NCBI GenBank assembly: GCA_030704615.1
Contig: CM060734.1
Span: forward strand, 26,040,001-26,104,000
Reading direction: 5' to 3'
Source of the DNA: Takakia lepidozioides
Lineage: Eukaryota; Plantae; Bryophyta
DNA: 64,000 bases
Part shown: positions 39,601-53,330 of the stretch, piece after piece
How the letters are laid out: the number at the start of each line of letters is the position of its first letter
Numbering within the stretch: position 1 is the stretch's first letter
Notes under the pieces: generated by a model
Seen by the model: the letters and a program-made list of their open reading frames with translations, nothing else
What the model was told of the DNA's origin: nothing
Database searches by the model: none
Program-made: the position numbers and the translations under genes

Positions 39601-41473
39601 AGAGGAGCATGTGACAAGGTATGTCCAACACACTCGCAATGTTTGAAAGCAATCAAAAATTCATTTGAACATCGAACGATGGGTTCACCCTTTCAATCAA
39701 TTTTGATTGACTTCATACTGAGAGGAGCATTTGACAAGGTATGTCCAACACACTAGCAAAGATTGAAAGGAATTAAAATTTCATTTGAACATCAAACGAT
39801 GGGTTCACCCTTTGAATCAATTTTGATTGACCTCATACTCGACACGTACCTTTGACAAGGTATGTCCAACACACTCGCAATGTTTGAAAGCAATTAAAAA
39901 TTCATTTGAACATCGAACGATGGGTTCACCCTTTGAATCAATTTTGATTTACCTCATACTCGACACGTACCTCTGACAAGGTAAGTCCAACACACTCGCA
40001 ACGTTTGAAAGCAATCAAAGATCATTTGAACATCGAACGATGGGTTCACCCTTTCAATCAATTTTGATTGACTTCGTACTTGAGAGGAGCATGTGACAAG
40101 GTATGTCCAACACATTCGCAAAGATTGAAAGCAATCAAATTCATTTGAACATCGAACGATGGGTTCACCCCTTTCAATCATTTTATTGACTTCATACTTG
40201 AGAGGAGCATGTGACAAGGTATGTCCAACACACTCGCAAAGATTGAAAGCAATCAAAAATTCATTTGAACATCGAACGATGGGTTCACCCTTTCAATCAG
40301 TTTCAATTGACCTGATACTCCACACGTACCTCTGACAAGGTTAGTCCAACACACTCACAATGTTTGAAAGCAATCAAAGATCATTTGAACATCGAACGAT
40401 GGGTTCACCCTTTCAATCAATTTTTGATTGACTTCGTACTTGAGAGGAGCATGTGACAAGGTATGTCCAACACACTCGCAAAGATTGAAAGCAATCAAAA
40501 TTCATTTGAACATCGAATGATGGGTTCACCCTTTGAATCAATTTCGATTGACCTCATACTCGACACGTACCTCTGACAAGGTAAGTCCAACACACTCGCA
40601 ATGTTTGAAAGCAATCAAAGATCATTTGAACATCGAACGATGGGTTTCACACCATTTCAATCAATTTTGATTGACTTCATACTTGAGAGGAGCATGTGAC
40701 AAGGTATGTCCAACACACTCGCAATGTTTGAAAGCAATCAAAAAATTCATTTGAACATCGAACGATGGGTTCATCACCCTTCAATCAATTTTTATTGACT
40801 TCATACTTGAGAGGAGCATGTGACAAGGTATGTCCAACACACAAGCAAAGATTGAAAGCAATCAAAAATTCATTTGAACATCGAACGATGGGTTCACCCT
40901 TTGAATCATTTCGATTGACGTGATACTCCACACGTACCTCTGACAAGGTATGTCCAAAATACTCGCAATGTTTGAAAGCAATCAAAAATCATTTGAACAT
41001 CGAACGATGGGTTCACCCTTTCAATCAATTTTGATTGACTTCATACTTGAGAGGAGCATGTGACAAGGTATGTCCAACACACTCGCAAAGATTGAAAGCA
41101 ATCAAAAATTGATTTGAACATCGAACGATGGGTTCACCCTTTGAATCGATTTCGATTGACCTCATACTCGACACGTACCTCTGACAAGGTAAGTCCAACA
41201 CACTCGCAATGTTTGAAAGCAATCAAAGATCATTTGAACATCGAACGAAGGGTTCACCCTTTCAATCAATTTTGATTGACTTCATACTTGAGAGGAGCAT
41301 GTGACAAGGTATGTCCAACACATTCGCAAAGATTGAAAGCAATCAAAAATTCATTTGAACATCGAACGATGGGTTCACCCTTTCAATCAAATTTTATTGA
41401 CTTCATACTTGAGAGGAGCATGTGACAAGGTATGTCCAACACACTCGCAAAGATTGAAAGCAATCAAAAATTC
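36642..41473. repeat. Satellite array, ~40 x 120-121-bp monomers of two mostly alternating types (~241-bp dimer)
   Basis: Shared core catttgaacatcgaacgatgggttcaccc. Type A has ttcatacttgagaggagcatgtgac, type B has ctcatactcgacacgtacctctgac. Confidence 0.98.
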
Positions 41474-41717
41474 CTTGCCTTTTGGATGGGCGTCACCCGA
41501 TTTCGGCACTGCGCAAACACACGATTAACCCAATTTACCTCTCCCACTTTTGTAAGCTAGCATGCATTCTACACACTAGCCACCACACCATGCATCACCA
41601 TTCCAAACACAATAGGATGCACAATATTTGGAACCCATTTCCTTTATAACAAATTTTTGTACAATACAAGTTTTTGCAATCGGATTCCTGAGCTAGCTAA
41701 ACCGGGCTAAGCATGCA

Positions 41718-41728
41718 TTTCCTCCCCC
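41718..41728 (-). promoter_or_regulatory. Polypurine tract of B1
   Basis: GGGGGAGGAAA immediately before the TG of the 3' LTR. Confidence 0.85.
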
Positions 41729-41779
41729 ACGCTTCAAGGTTGATGTCCCCATCAACGCTTCTTCCCCGCTTTTGAGGTC

Positions 41780-41945
41780 GCCCTTCAAAAGCTGCAACCG
41801 CCTCGGATGCGTTTCCCATTTCTGAGGCACGCACCCAAGATGCTTCCACATGATGATAGCCCTTCCATTTGACGAGATACTCCGTTTCTCGGTTCCTGAA
41901 CCTCCTCGACTTAAGTATTGCCTCCACCTCGTACTCAGGTTCATT
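41780..41945 (-). other. Integrase C-terminal chromodomain of B1
   Basis: EYEVEAILKSRRFRNRETEYLVKWKGYHHVEASW, with aromatic-cage Y/W/Y retained. Confidence 0.92.
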
Positions 41946-44900
41946 TTCATGATCCAACAGCATAGGTGGCAGACGCAACACTTGATGCCGATTCGGACGC
42001 GCTTCATCTTTGAAGTAAGGCTTCAAAAAGGGAGACATGGAATACTGGGTGCACCTTGCTGTTTGCCGGCAGCTCCAATTCATACACATCCTCATTCATA
42101 ACCTTCCGAATGCGAAAGGGTCCCGCATACGGAGGTACAAACTTCGGACTCACTTCCGGAGGTAGTCGGAAATTCTTGATGTTCAACCAGACCTCTGTGC
42201 CTGCCTCAAACTTCACTTCTCTCCGCTTCCGATTCGCCTGCCTTTCATACTGTTTCCTAGCTTTGGCAATATTGTACTTTGCGAGCTTCAACAAACGCTC
42301 GCGTTCTTCCAGTACCGCCGCTACTGCCGGTTCCTCAACGTCCTGGGCGGCCCAACTTGTCAGCACCAGAGGTGCTTTTCCATAGACCAATACGAAAGGA
42401 GAAACTCCCGTTGCGGAGTGTTCTGTGTTATTATAACAGAACTCTGCCGCGTCTAAGTGTTCCATCCAGTCTGATTGGTCTGCCGACACGTAATTCCGCA
42501 AGAATTGCTTCACTACGGAATTCACTCTTTCCGTTTGGCCGTCCGTCGTAGGTCGGAAGGCGGTGCTCATCTTCAGCCTCGTCCCCATCTTCTTCGAAAG
42601 TGTCCTCCAAAATTTACTCGTAAACTTTGGATCGCGATCCGAGACAATATCCTTCGGGACTCCATGATGCTTTAAGACGTGGGCGAAGTAAAGTCGCCCT
42701 GTCTCCTGCGCCGTTGCCGTCTCCTTGGTGGGGATGAAATGGCCCATTTTACTGAACCTATCTACCACCACCATGATTGCATCGAATCCTTTTGGCAGCG
42801 GCATAGCAGTCATGAAATCCATCGAGACGCTTTCCCAAGTCCCCTCTGGAATCGGCAAGGATTGTAACAGCCCCGCTTGCTTTTTGTACTCGCTCCGGTT
42901 TTGTTGGCATGTGGTGCATGTCTTGACATACTCCTCTGCCTCCTCCCTCAGTTTGGGCCAGAAATACTCTTTCTTCAAGAGTGCTGCAGTGCGCTTGGCT
43001 CCGCCGTGGCCCGCAAGTGGGCTATCATGGCATTCTCTCAAGAGGCTATCTCTGATCCCTCCCTTCGGCACGTAGAGACGTTTTTGCTTATACCGGAGCA
43101 GTCCATTTTGCAAGTGGAACTGCGATTTAACCCCCATTCTCAAATCCTGCATCACGGACTTTGCCAGCTCATCCTTCCGGCAAGCCTTCCGGATCTTCCT
43201 TTGGAACGCCGTCTCGCCCTTGTACACCAACAAGAGCTGCTGCTTTCTACTTAAAGCATCGGCCACCACATTGTCCCGTCCCGGTTTGTACTGGATATCC
43301 ACGTCGAACATTGCCAAAGTATCTTGCCACCTAAGTTGTTTTGGGGACAACTTGGGCTGCGTGGCAAAATACTTCACCGTGACATTGTCCGTGAACGCCT
43401 TCACTGGGTTGGAACCGACATAGTGGCGCCAGAGCTCAAGGCAATGCACCACCGCCTTCATCTCTTTTTCGTGCGTCGGCCACCGTCGCTCCACTTCATT
43501 TAGTTTCTTACTTTCGTAAGCCAATGGACGTCCATCTTGCATAAGAACACCCCCAATCGCGAAGTCCGATGCATCTGTATGAATCTCAAACGGACGATCG
43601 AACTCCGGGATTTTCAAGACTGGAGCTTCCGTCATCCGCTGCTTCAATTCAGCAAAAGCTTGGCCACAAAATGTGTTCCATACCCAGACTTTGGATTTAC
43701 ACAGAAGGTCCGACAGCGGCCCCGCGATCTTGGCGAAATTTCTCACATACTTCCGGTAATAGGAGGCGAGTCCTAGGAAGGATCGCACTCCCGGGACCGA
43801 AGTCGGAGGCTCCCAGTCCAAGATCGCCCTCACCTTTCTGTCATCCATTTTGATCCCATCCTGTGTAATCACATGCCCTAGGAACTCCACTTTTGTGACC
43901 CTGAATTCGCACTTTGAAGCTTTGGCATACAGCTTCCCTTCTCGCAATTTTTGGAACACCCTTTTGAGGTGCTCCAGGTGCTCCTCCTTTGTTTTCGAGT
44001 ACACCAAGATGTCGTCGATGTACACGATCACAAAGTCATCCAACCACTCCTGGAAAAGGCTGTTCATCAGCATGCTAAATGTCGCTGGTGCATTGGTGAG
44101 CCCAAAAGGCATCACCAAGAATTCATATGAACCATACCTTGTCCTGCACGCGGTCTTCTCTCTCATCTCCCTTCCGCCACCCGAATTTGGTGATAGCCGG
44201 AGCGCAAGTCGATCCGGCTGAAATACTTCGCTCTTGCCAACCGATCGAAGAGGTCGTCGATCCTTGGCAAAGGGTACCGGTTTTTGATAGTCACCTTATT
44301 CAGAGTCCTGTAATCGACACACATCCGCAGCGTCCCATCCTTCTTGTCTGCAAATAGCACCGGGGCTCCGTAAGGTGACTTACTCGGCCGGATGTACCCC
44401 TTTGACATTAGATCCTTGAGCTGAGTCTTCAGCTCGACCAACTCTCTGTGGCTCAATCGGTAGGGCGCCTTGGCAGGCGGTTCCGATCCCGGTATCACCT
44501 CAATCTTGTGGTAAACTCCTCTTCGCGGTGGCAAGCCGCTTGGTAAATCCTCCAGCATCACATCCTGGTATTTCTCCAAAATCCCCTTGATCCAATCTGG
44601 GCTCGGCTCCCCATCGCCTTCTCCTTTCACTTCTCTAATGTAAAGCAAAAACTGGGGCTCGTGTGCCTCCTCCACGGCCCACTCCTTTGCTGACAGAATG
44701 TTTATTCGCCCTCCCACGGATTTGGCGTTTCGTTTCTGACACTCGTAAAACCTCGCCACCATTCCCACATGGCAGCGTGACTACTCTCTTGCGGCCATCT
44801 ATGACCGCTCCGGATTTGCTCAAAAAGGTCATCCCCAAAATGAGATCCACTCCATCGATCTCGCAGATGGTGAAGTTCTCACGTCCCTCCCAACTCCCCA

Positions 44901-46363
44901 GTTGAAGAGGAACATCAATCGCCAACCTTGTCGCCAACTGTGGTTCTCCTTTGGCAGAACGCACCTCAATAGAGGCCGCCACGTCACTTGTCGGGAGTCC
45001 CAGCTTTTGTGCCGTTGCCGGTGTCATGAAGGAGTGCGACGCTCCTGTGTCCACCAACAACGACACATTAGTTCCGGATATTATCCCATCCACGAACAAT
45101 AACTAACTCCCTTTTCGTAAGGCGCCAGTTTCCTGATACAACTCACAAGAAAATTTGCCTACCTTGCAAGTCCTGGCGACCACCGCTTCCACCAAGCGAC
45201 TGATGGTATCTTCCGACGGCTCCGTGGTCGCCCGAGTCATGTTCAATTGCCGGGGCTTCGTGCACTTCTTGGCCATGTGCCCGGGCTCCCCGCAATTGAA
45301 ACACACTCCATCAAAGGTCGCCTTCTGTCCGCCATAAGCCGCTCCACCCGCTTTTCCTTTCGGAGCACCGGGTGCCGCCTTGACGTGTGAAGGCCCTCCC
45401 TTTGATTTCCACGTGCCATTTTTGCCGCGTGGCCTATCCCACTTCTTTTCCGGTCGGAAGGAGTCACCTTCCCGCCGAATCTTCTTGTGGTTCAGCTCCG
45501 TACGGCCTTGTCTTTCACCCCTAGGGACATCCGAGAAACATTCAGCCCTCTCAATTGCCTCGTTCAAAGTCTTGGGTGGCTTCTCCTCCAACTTCCGCCT
45601 GGCCCATGGGGCCAGTCCCGCCACAAAGTTGAAGACCATTTCTGGTTCTGCCATGTCCGCGACTTCGAGCAACAGCACATTGAAAGCCTGGACATACCCC
45701 GAATGTCATCTGTTTGCTTCAAATTCCTCATCTTGTCCCGGGCGAGCCAGGACGCGTTGAGGGGCACAAACTGTCTCTTCATCAATTCCTTGAACCCACT
45801 TCAGTTCAAGGTTTCCGGGCTTGGACCTCGGTCGTGAAGGCATTTCTGCCACCATTGTTGAGCATAGCCCCTCAAATAGGTGGGAGCCACTTCCACCCGA
45901 TCCTCATCACTCAACTTGGCCGCCCGGAAGTACTGCTCTAGCTCCAGGAGCCAGGTGTTGAGTGCCTTCCGATTTCGGACGCCCTCGAAGGTGCCGGGTT
46001 CCTTAGGCTTCACCTTAAACTTTGCCTTAGTGGAAATGGCATTAGCCGCCTTCAACACTTCTTTCAACGTCCCGCCAAACTGCGCCAACAACCCTTCCCA
46101 AAAGGCTGCCGGCATGGGAGGCATCTCTTGGTTTGTCGGAGCTCTCAAGGATTCCTCGGGCTCCGACTCCTCGGATTCCTCCCGCTCTTGAGCGGCCTCG
46201 TTTTCGGAAACATGCATCGCTTCCTCAAATGGCCGCCTCGGTGACACGTCGCCCCCATCGGGCTCACCGGGATCATCATCTTTTGGGCCGTTCCGCTTTC
46301 GCTTCGGCTTGCCCGACCCCATGATGAGGCCAATCCCAAGGACGATCGCGTACTGAACTCTAA

Positions 46364-46375
46364 GCTCTGATACCA
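46364..46375 (-). promoter_or_regulatory. Primer binding site (tRNA-iMet) of B1
   Basis: TGGTATCAGAGC, 2 nt after LTR end ...GTGACA. Confidence 0.95.
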
Positions 46376-47095
46376 AGTGTCACGCACCTCACTTCGGTAA
46401 ACTCCCCTTCAAGTCATAGTTACTCGCTTTGATGCGCGCGCCTATCTCCCAACCTGGCCGCCGGGCCAACTTGGAGCTTCGGCTGCTCACCGGGACATAA
46501 CAGTCCCCCCTTCGCTTCCCTCTAAAACCCTCCACCTAATTGGGACTAGGAGAATTCCCTTTGGTAGATGGCAGTCCGGAATAGCTCCCCACTCTTTGGT
46601 CGCTTTCCGGCTCGCTCGCTTACTCACTAATTTTTGGTCACCAACGGGCTTGCACCGTTCTCGGGGTTACTACTCCCTATATATACTTCTGTAGCTGTCC
46701 GCGGGGGTTTCACAACCAGCCATGCCATTTTATGGCGAACCACCACGAAGACCCTCGATTCCCGGTGGTGAGTCGCGGTGAGTCTTGGCCCGCTCACCAC
46801 GGCCCTTATGGACCGTGATGAGTCCCAAAACTCCCCACGACTCCCACCACGAGGTCTCTGCCCCCTTGGTGAGTCCTATGCCACCCCCACTAAGTCCCAC
46901 TAAGCTACTGTGGAGCCACCCCCACCGCAACCCGGTGTGCGGGGCTCCACCTAGTGAGCGCCTCCGCCTCCTTGAGTGCTTTTGGGCACTCAAGGGTGCT
47001 TCAGCCCCCGTACCTATCGCTGCTACTGCCCCCACCACAGGGGCAGCCCCTCTTGTGTCCCGACCTCCCTGCCCTCAAGGCAAAGGGCCGCGACA

Positions 47096-49063
47096 TAGGG
47101 AGTAGTAACCCCGAGAACGGTGCAAGCCCGTTGGTGACCAAAAACTAGTGAGTAAGCGTGCGAGGCGGAAAGCGACCAAGGTGTGGGGAGCTGTTCCGAA
47201 CTGCCAACAACCAAAGGGAATTTCCACTAGGCCCAAAGTGAGCGAGGGTCTTGTGGAGGAGCAAAGGGGGACCATTATGTCCCGGTGAGCAACCGAAGCT
47301 CCGAGTTGGCCCGGCGGCCAGTTTGGGAGTTAGACGCGCGCATCAAAGCGAGTAACTATGACTTGAAGGGGAGCTTACCGAAGTGAGGTGCGCGGCACTT
47401 GGTATCAGAGCTTAAAGTTGAGTATGTGATCATCCTTGAGATCGGCCTCACCATGGGGTCGGGCAAGACAAAGCGAAGGCGGAACGGCCCAAAAGACAAT
47501 GATCCCGGTGAGCCCGGTGGGGGCAACGTGTCACCGAAGCGGCAAATGGAAGAGGCGATTTATGCTTTTGAAAGCGCGACCACTCAAGAACGGGAGGAAT
47601 TTGGGGAGTCGGAGCCCAAGGACTTTCTAGAGGCTCCGCCAGACCAACAGATGCCTCCCATGCCAGCAGCCTTTTGGAAAGGGTTGTTGGCGCAGTTTGG
47701 CGGGACGTTGAAAGACGTGATGAGGGCGGCTAATGCCACTTCCACTAAGGCGAAGTTTAAGGTAAAGCCTAAGGAACCCGACACCTTCGAGGGCATCCGA
47801 AATCGGAAGGCACTCAACACCTGGCTCTTGGAGCTAGAGCAGTACTTCCGGGCGGCCAAGTTGAGTGATGAGGATCGGGTGGAAGTGGCTCCCACCTATT
47901 TGAGGGGCTATGCTCAACAATGGTGGCAGAAACGCCTTCATGACCAAGGTCCAAACCCAGAAACCTTGAGCTAGAGTGGGTTCAAGGAACTTATGAAAAG
48001 ACAGTTCGTGCCCCTCAACGCGTCCTGGCTCGCCCGAGACAAGATGAGGAATTTGAAGCAAACGGATGACATTCGGGGATATGTTCAGGCTTTCAATGTG
48101 TTGTTGCTCAAAGTCGCGGATATGGCAGAACCAGAAATGGTCTTCAACTTTGTGGCGGGACTGGCCCCATGGGCTAGGCGAAAGTTGGAGGAGAAGCCAC
48201 CTAAGACTTTGAACTAGGCAATTCAAAGGGCTGAATGTTTCTCGGATGTCCCTAGGGGCGAAAGACAAGGCCGTACGGAGCTGAACCACAATAAGACCCG
48301 GCGGGAGGGTGACTCCTTCCGACCGGAAAAGAAGTGGGATAGGCCACGCGGCGACAATGGCACATGGAAATCGAAGGGAGGGCCTTCACACGTCAAGGCG
48401 GCACCCGGTGCTCCGAAAGGAAAATCAGGTGCGGCGGCTTATGGTGGACAGAAGGCGACCTTCGATGGAGTGTGCTTTAATTGCGGGGAGCCCGGGCACA
48501 TGGCCAAGAAGTGCGCGAAACCCCGACAATTGAACCTGACTCGGGTGTCCGAAGATTCCATCAGCCGCTTGGTGGAGGCGGTGGTCGCCAAGACTTGCAA
48601 GGTAGGCAACTACTCTTGTGAGTTGTATCAGGAGACTGGCCCCTTGCGTAAAGGGAGTCAGTTAATGTTCGTGAGTGGGATAATTTTTGGAACTAACATG
48701 TCGTTGTTGGTGGACACATGAGCGTCGCACTCCTTCATGACACCGGCAACGGCACAGAAGCTGGGGCTCCCGACAAGTGATGTGGGGGCCTCTATTGAAG
48801 TGTGTTCTGCCAAAGGAGAACCACAACTGGCGACGAGGTTGGCGTTTGATGTTCCTCTTCAGTTGGGGAGTTGGGAGGGACGTGAGAACTTCACCATTTG
48901 CGAGATCGATGGAGTGGATCTCATTTTGAGGATGACCTTTTTGAGCAAATCCGGAGCGGTCATAGATGGCCGCAAGAGGATAGTCATGTTACCATGTGGG
49001 AATGGTGGCGAAGTTTTACGGGTGTCGGAAACACCCAACCGAGTGGGAGGACAATAAACCTGC
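47096..49063 (+). mobile_element. Chromovirus B2, 5' part (partial LTR 47096-47397, PBS 47400-47411, degenerate gag-PR), interrupted by A3
   Basis: TGGTATCAGAGC PBS. Gag and PR highly similar to B1 in the opposite orientation. In-frame stops. Confidence 0.93.
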
Positions 49064-50539
49064 TGTCAAGTTTAATAAGCACAGTGTGAAAACAGCTAGA
49101 ATAAAACTAGTTATTTGTATTTAACACTTGGATTTAGGTCAAGTGTTAAATCAGGTGTCAAGTTTAGTTTGACACCTGGTCCGTCTTATCTTCACGAGAG
49201 CGGCAGTCGCGCGGCTCATCTCTCTCGAGTTGAGTCTGCGCGACCGAGCTCCTGCATTCTTCAGATCTGAGTGTGCTTATGATGGGAGTATAGGTTGTTG
49301 TGGGGTGGAGTCCCCATAGCTTGGGGTGCCCCTGGCTCGACTATTATCTTAAAGAGTGATGTTGAGGGATTGCATATTTCTTGTGTTGAGAGTGTGTGTC
49401 CTTTTCTAGTTTGGTTATCACTCGAGAGAGATGAGCTCTATCTAGTTTTTCCAGTGCTAAGCTAGATATGATGTTTTTGTTTTTTTTAAGCACTATTATA
49501 ATATAGATGGTCATGGTCTTGTACGCAGCTCAAGCAATGAGCATAGAACGGCTCTAGCTTGAGTTCGTCTCACATCTTCAGTCGCAATGGTGTGGTAGAA
49601 GAGAGAGTAATGGTGGTCTGCCCATATTTCTGTTGGCATTGGCGAGGTGTGCTTCCACTGTAAGGGCGTCGCCCGTCTGCGGAGGATATGTTGATGGCAG
49701 CTGGTGGTGTGATGTCAAGGCCCCATAGAGCCCGCTGCGGTGAATAGGAGCAGCGAATGGGGCAGCAGTGAATGGGAGTCCAGGTAGAGCCAGCGGCTGT
49801 GGCGGCAAGGGTCTGGTTGATGGTGGCGGCTGCTCGAGTATCTCTACAGCAGGGGGAACAGCCCGTTCAGGCTGTTGATATGCGGCTCGAACTGGATGAC
49901 TTCAGCTGTGTGGTGGAAGCGAGTGGATCGAATGGAAGCTGGTCTGGATTGAGGTCCGCACGACAGGCCTGCACTTTGGGATAGGAGTCATATGCGAAGA
50001 CAGAAAGCTGATAGAAAGTGGCGGGCATTTCATCTTCTTTACCGTGGAGGTCTACCTTAAAGAGGGACTTCACTCTCTGGACGCTGAATGTTGCGCTGAA
50101 GTGGGAGAGGGCAGCAGAAACACAGTCCCCCTTCGCACAATGTTTCGACCTCTTTGGCTTTGACCTTTTGACATGAGCAGTTCTCCGCCCTTATTTTTCC
50201 TCGCTCTTTCCCTGTGTTCCCTTCTCCTTTCGTCACCACTACTGCCTCAATCAGAGGTGGCGACCATACTGCCGTTTAAGTGTCCAGGAAACTGATGACA
50301 TCAAGGAAGCTACCAGCTTGTTCCTGAAGACGAAGGGGTCGAATGTCACTGTTCTGGCTGGCACAGGAGCATGTGACTTGCCCATAGGGACCTGGGTGCC
50401 TGAAACAAGTGAAGTGGCTGGAGGATGGAGCATGGCGTCAGGAGATGGAAAGAGAGCAGTGAAGGGGTTTCTACATGATAAGGACCTGCAACTGGTTGCA
50501 GCCCAGCATGCGCTAGCTAGGACCATGACCTGAAGCAGC

Positions 50540-51400
50540 TGCTAAGTTGCTGGGAGGTCCGTGAAGCTGAACTTGCCCAAATGCGGGAGGTTGTCATGGA
50601 GGGAGCTAAGACAGTCAGTGTACTGCAGCTGCCTTGGTGGGGAAAGTGAATGCGAGACTGGCAGCTCAACTGGGCATTGGGATAGATTTTGCTTGGTGAT
50701 GGGATCGTAATTCAGTAGCAGGCTGATTGGAGTTAAAGAGGTTTGGTCATGCCAGTGTCCGAGCAGCCAGTGAATTTTGGGCCAGATTTTTGAAGGTATG
50801 TTGCATGGCAGTAGGCAGTGTTCCAGAGATTCTGAAACCCCAAGCAAGCAGCATAAGCAGAGCAGTGCACGGGTGAATTGAAGCCAACGCCCTACCTTTA
50901 GAATTCTATGTGCGATCTGCCAGAGAAAGACAGCCAACTTTGCATCATGTGTGACAGCTTTGCAGGATGTTTGATTGAGGGCAGCAGTGCATAGCGAGGC
51001 CAGTGATTTGAATGCCGCTGAAATCTGTCACGGAAATGACCTGATTAGGTCTGGCTGAGCATGTAACCCAAGTGCCGGGCAATGAAGGCAACGGCCCCTG
51101 CTGGAGGATTCATATCCAAGATGCAGGGATGGTCTGGATGATGCTGGCATAACCTGCATTTCCTCTGGCTGTTCCTACAATCTGGTTTATGTGCCCTGGC
51201 ACTATAGTGCTGATGCCGACCAGATATTCCCGATCTGTGCAATTTCATGGTGATCCCAGGCAGACCACCTCTCCGCATATCCACGGTCAATCTTGTTGTG
51301 AAGAAGGAGGGGCAGGGGCAGGAAGCTTGTAGGTATAGGAGCTGACGATAGACTGAGCTGCTGTGTAGCAGCTATTCCCCGCTTAATGTCCAGAGGGGAT
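50540..51400 (-). mobile_element. L1 ORF2 3' fragment (zf-RVT region) inside the A3 5' region
   Basis: FLWQIAHRILKVG...CLCCLLGVSESLEHCLLPC. AERWSAWDHHEIAQIGNIWS parallels AKRWSAWDNRGITQLKDLWS of the L1 at 28944. Confidence 0.75.
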
Positions 51401-53330
51401 GCTGTGGCCTCCGAACTGCGCAAGTACTTGTCTCTGATCTCTGGGTGTCGTCAATGGTGTCTCCTTGCTGATTTTGATCTCTATTAAGAGAGTGTATATC
51501 AAGTGCGCAGGGGACTCGTCTCTCGAGGGTTCACTGGGAAGAATCGCTTCACGACCTCCATCGTCACCACGGTTTGTGGTAGAAGACGGTTGGGATTCCA
51601 AAGCATGGTGAGCTGTTGAACTCAAATGAAATGGAGGGGAACAGCACGCACGTGGCCAGGGAACCTAGGATGCCATATAGAACTTAGGGAACCGGGAACC
51701 AGTTACCAGATATTGTGAGGGTGTAACTTTGAATTTTTAAACTTGAAAACCTTAATAATAAAAAAAAAAAAAAACCCCTTTTTAATCTAATTTGAATGAT
51801 TTGGAGCCAAATTCATCATATCTTTGTCAAATGGACTCTGTTTGACCCAGTTTTTGGGGGATAGCTGCAGAAAGGGGAAATCTACCTATCTAAACTTGGT
51901 TTCTGTTTTGGGGACTCTGCTAAAAATCTATGGAATTTTTAGAGTGTGAGTGTGCCATGAAAGATCCACAATCCTGTCTCTAGAACCTGTGCTGGTCTAT
52001 ATGAGAGACAAATTGGTGGATGTACTCCTTGCGTGGCTGGGGGAAATGAGGACGTAATTGAAGGGCAGGTCTCTTCTCTTAGTCTGTGCACACAAGGGGA
52101 AGGATTTATGTTTCCGAAGGAACTCAGACTGATTTGAGTGGAGAATAGTTGGACGAGTTGATTGCATACTGGGAGTCAGGCATTAGCAGTAGACAACAGA
52201 CTGCTGTAGTTGGCATTGAGGGCCTCAATATCGCCTTGGACAGTCAGAACTCTGTTGGAGCCAACAGTTCTGCAGCTGTAGATGAAATACCAAAGTGGGT
52301 GAAAGCTAGGCTTGGAACACAGCCAAAGACAGCCCCGGGGACCAAGGTGTTCAGTCACAAGGCCGTGGTGTACTGGAGCAGAGGAGCAGGAGCTACACAA
52401 GTTTGTGCAATCAGACATGGTTGCAGCCGGATACGCTCTGCACAGGGCAACCACGAGCGGGGGTTCATCAGCAATGACATGTTTGTTGTGCGTGAATGAG
52501 ATGCAGTCATTCGCAATGAAGACACCCGCAACCGTCTCAAAGCTTTCGAGTTGAGAGACTATCAGACCCTACCTTTGTTTTCTTTAGTGTTCAGTGAGCG
52601 GGAGATATGGGAGTATTGCTTTGTCTCTACCTGGCAGAAAGAGGAGGAGGGTTGGTTAGAGCGAGCTACTATAGCTTGGGACAAGGTTAGTGGCAGGTTT
52701 CTGGACATAGATATACCTCCTACACCTTACCATCACGCAGAGCGAGGCACTTTGAGAGAAGTCTGGAAGTTGATAGCATAGATCAGGATTAGATCTTGCT
52801 TGGGCGGGCTTCTATTCTTCCCCTCCATCTCTGTACTATTTTCATTACCTTGTACTCGTAGTTGCCAAAGCCTCTCTTGGTGGAGGCCAGTCAGTCCGGG
52901 GTTTTGGGCTGGGATATTCTGCAGGATCAGCATTGCAGCTGGATTTTGGTGTGGGGGTGTTGATGTTTTGATTTCTTGTGTTTGGATCCCCCCCAACACC
53001 TGCATGCTTGACTGTGCGCCATGTTGGTTTTGTGTGGGCGCTTGCTTTCATAGGGATTAGGCCGGATTTGATCACCGGTCAATCCTAGAGTATGCTGTCG
53101 GTGGTGAGGCTGGAGTGATGACCAGCAAGACCACCAGTGTTTCTTCTATGGTGAGGCTGGGTTGATGACCAGCCAACCATAGGAGTTCTTGCGGTGGATG
53201 CAGGTGCAGGTGCCCTGAGCCATTGGGATATGACCCTTAGACTGCAACAGGTGCCCACCCGTGTCACTATTAGATTAGTACTAGAGCCTTATAGTGTCAC
53301 CTGGAGGAGGTGCACATTGTGAGTGTCATT

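Larger units (their letters stand above)
41471..47095 (-). mobile_element. Chromovirus (Ty3/Gypsy) B1: 5' LTR 47095-46378, gag-PR-RT-RH-IN-chromodomain with frameshifts, truncated 3' LTR 41717-41471
   Basis: CFNCGEPGHMAKKC, LLVDTGA, YIDD, TDASD, HHCC and DDE integrase, GPF, chromodomain. tRNA-iMet PBS and PPT present. Confidence 0.96.

Noticed and set aside
36642-41473. CRISPR array, or repeated small ORFs such as MLSNIASVLD...
   Set aside because: No unique spacers, eukaryotic context and no cas genes. The ORFs are by-products of the satellite.
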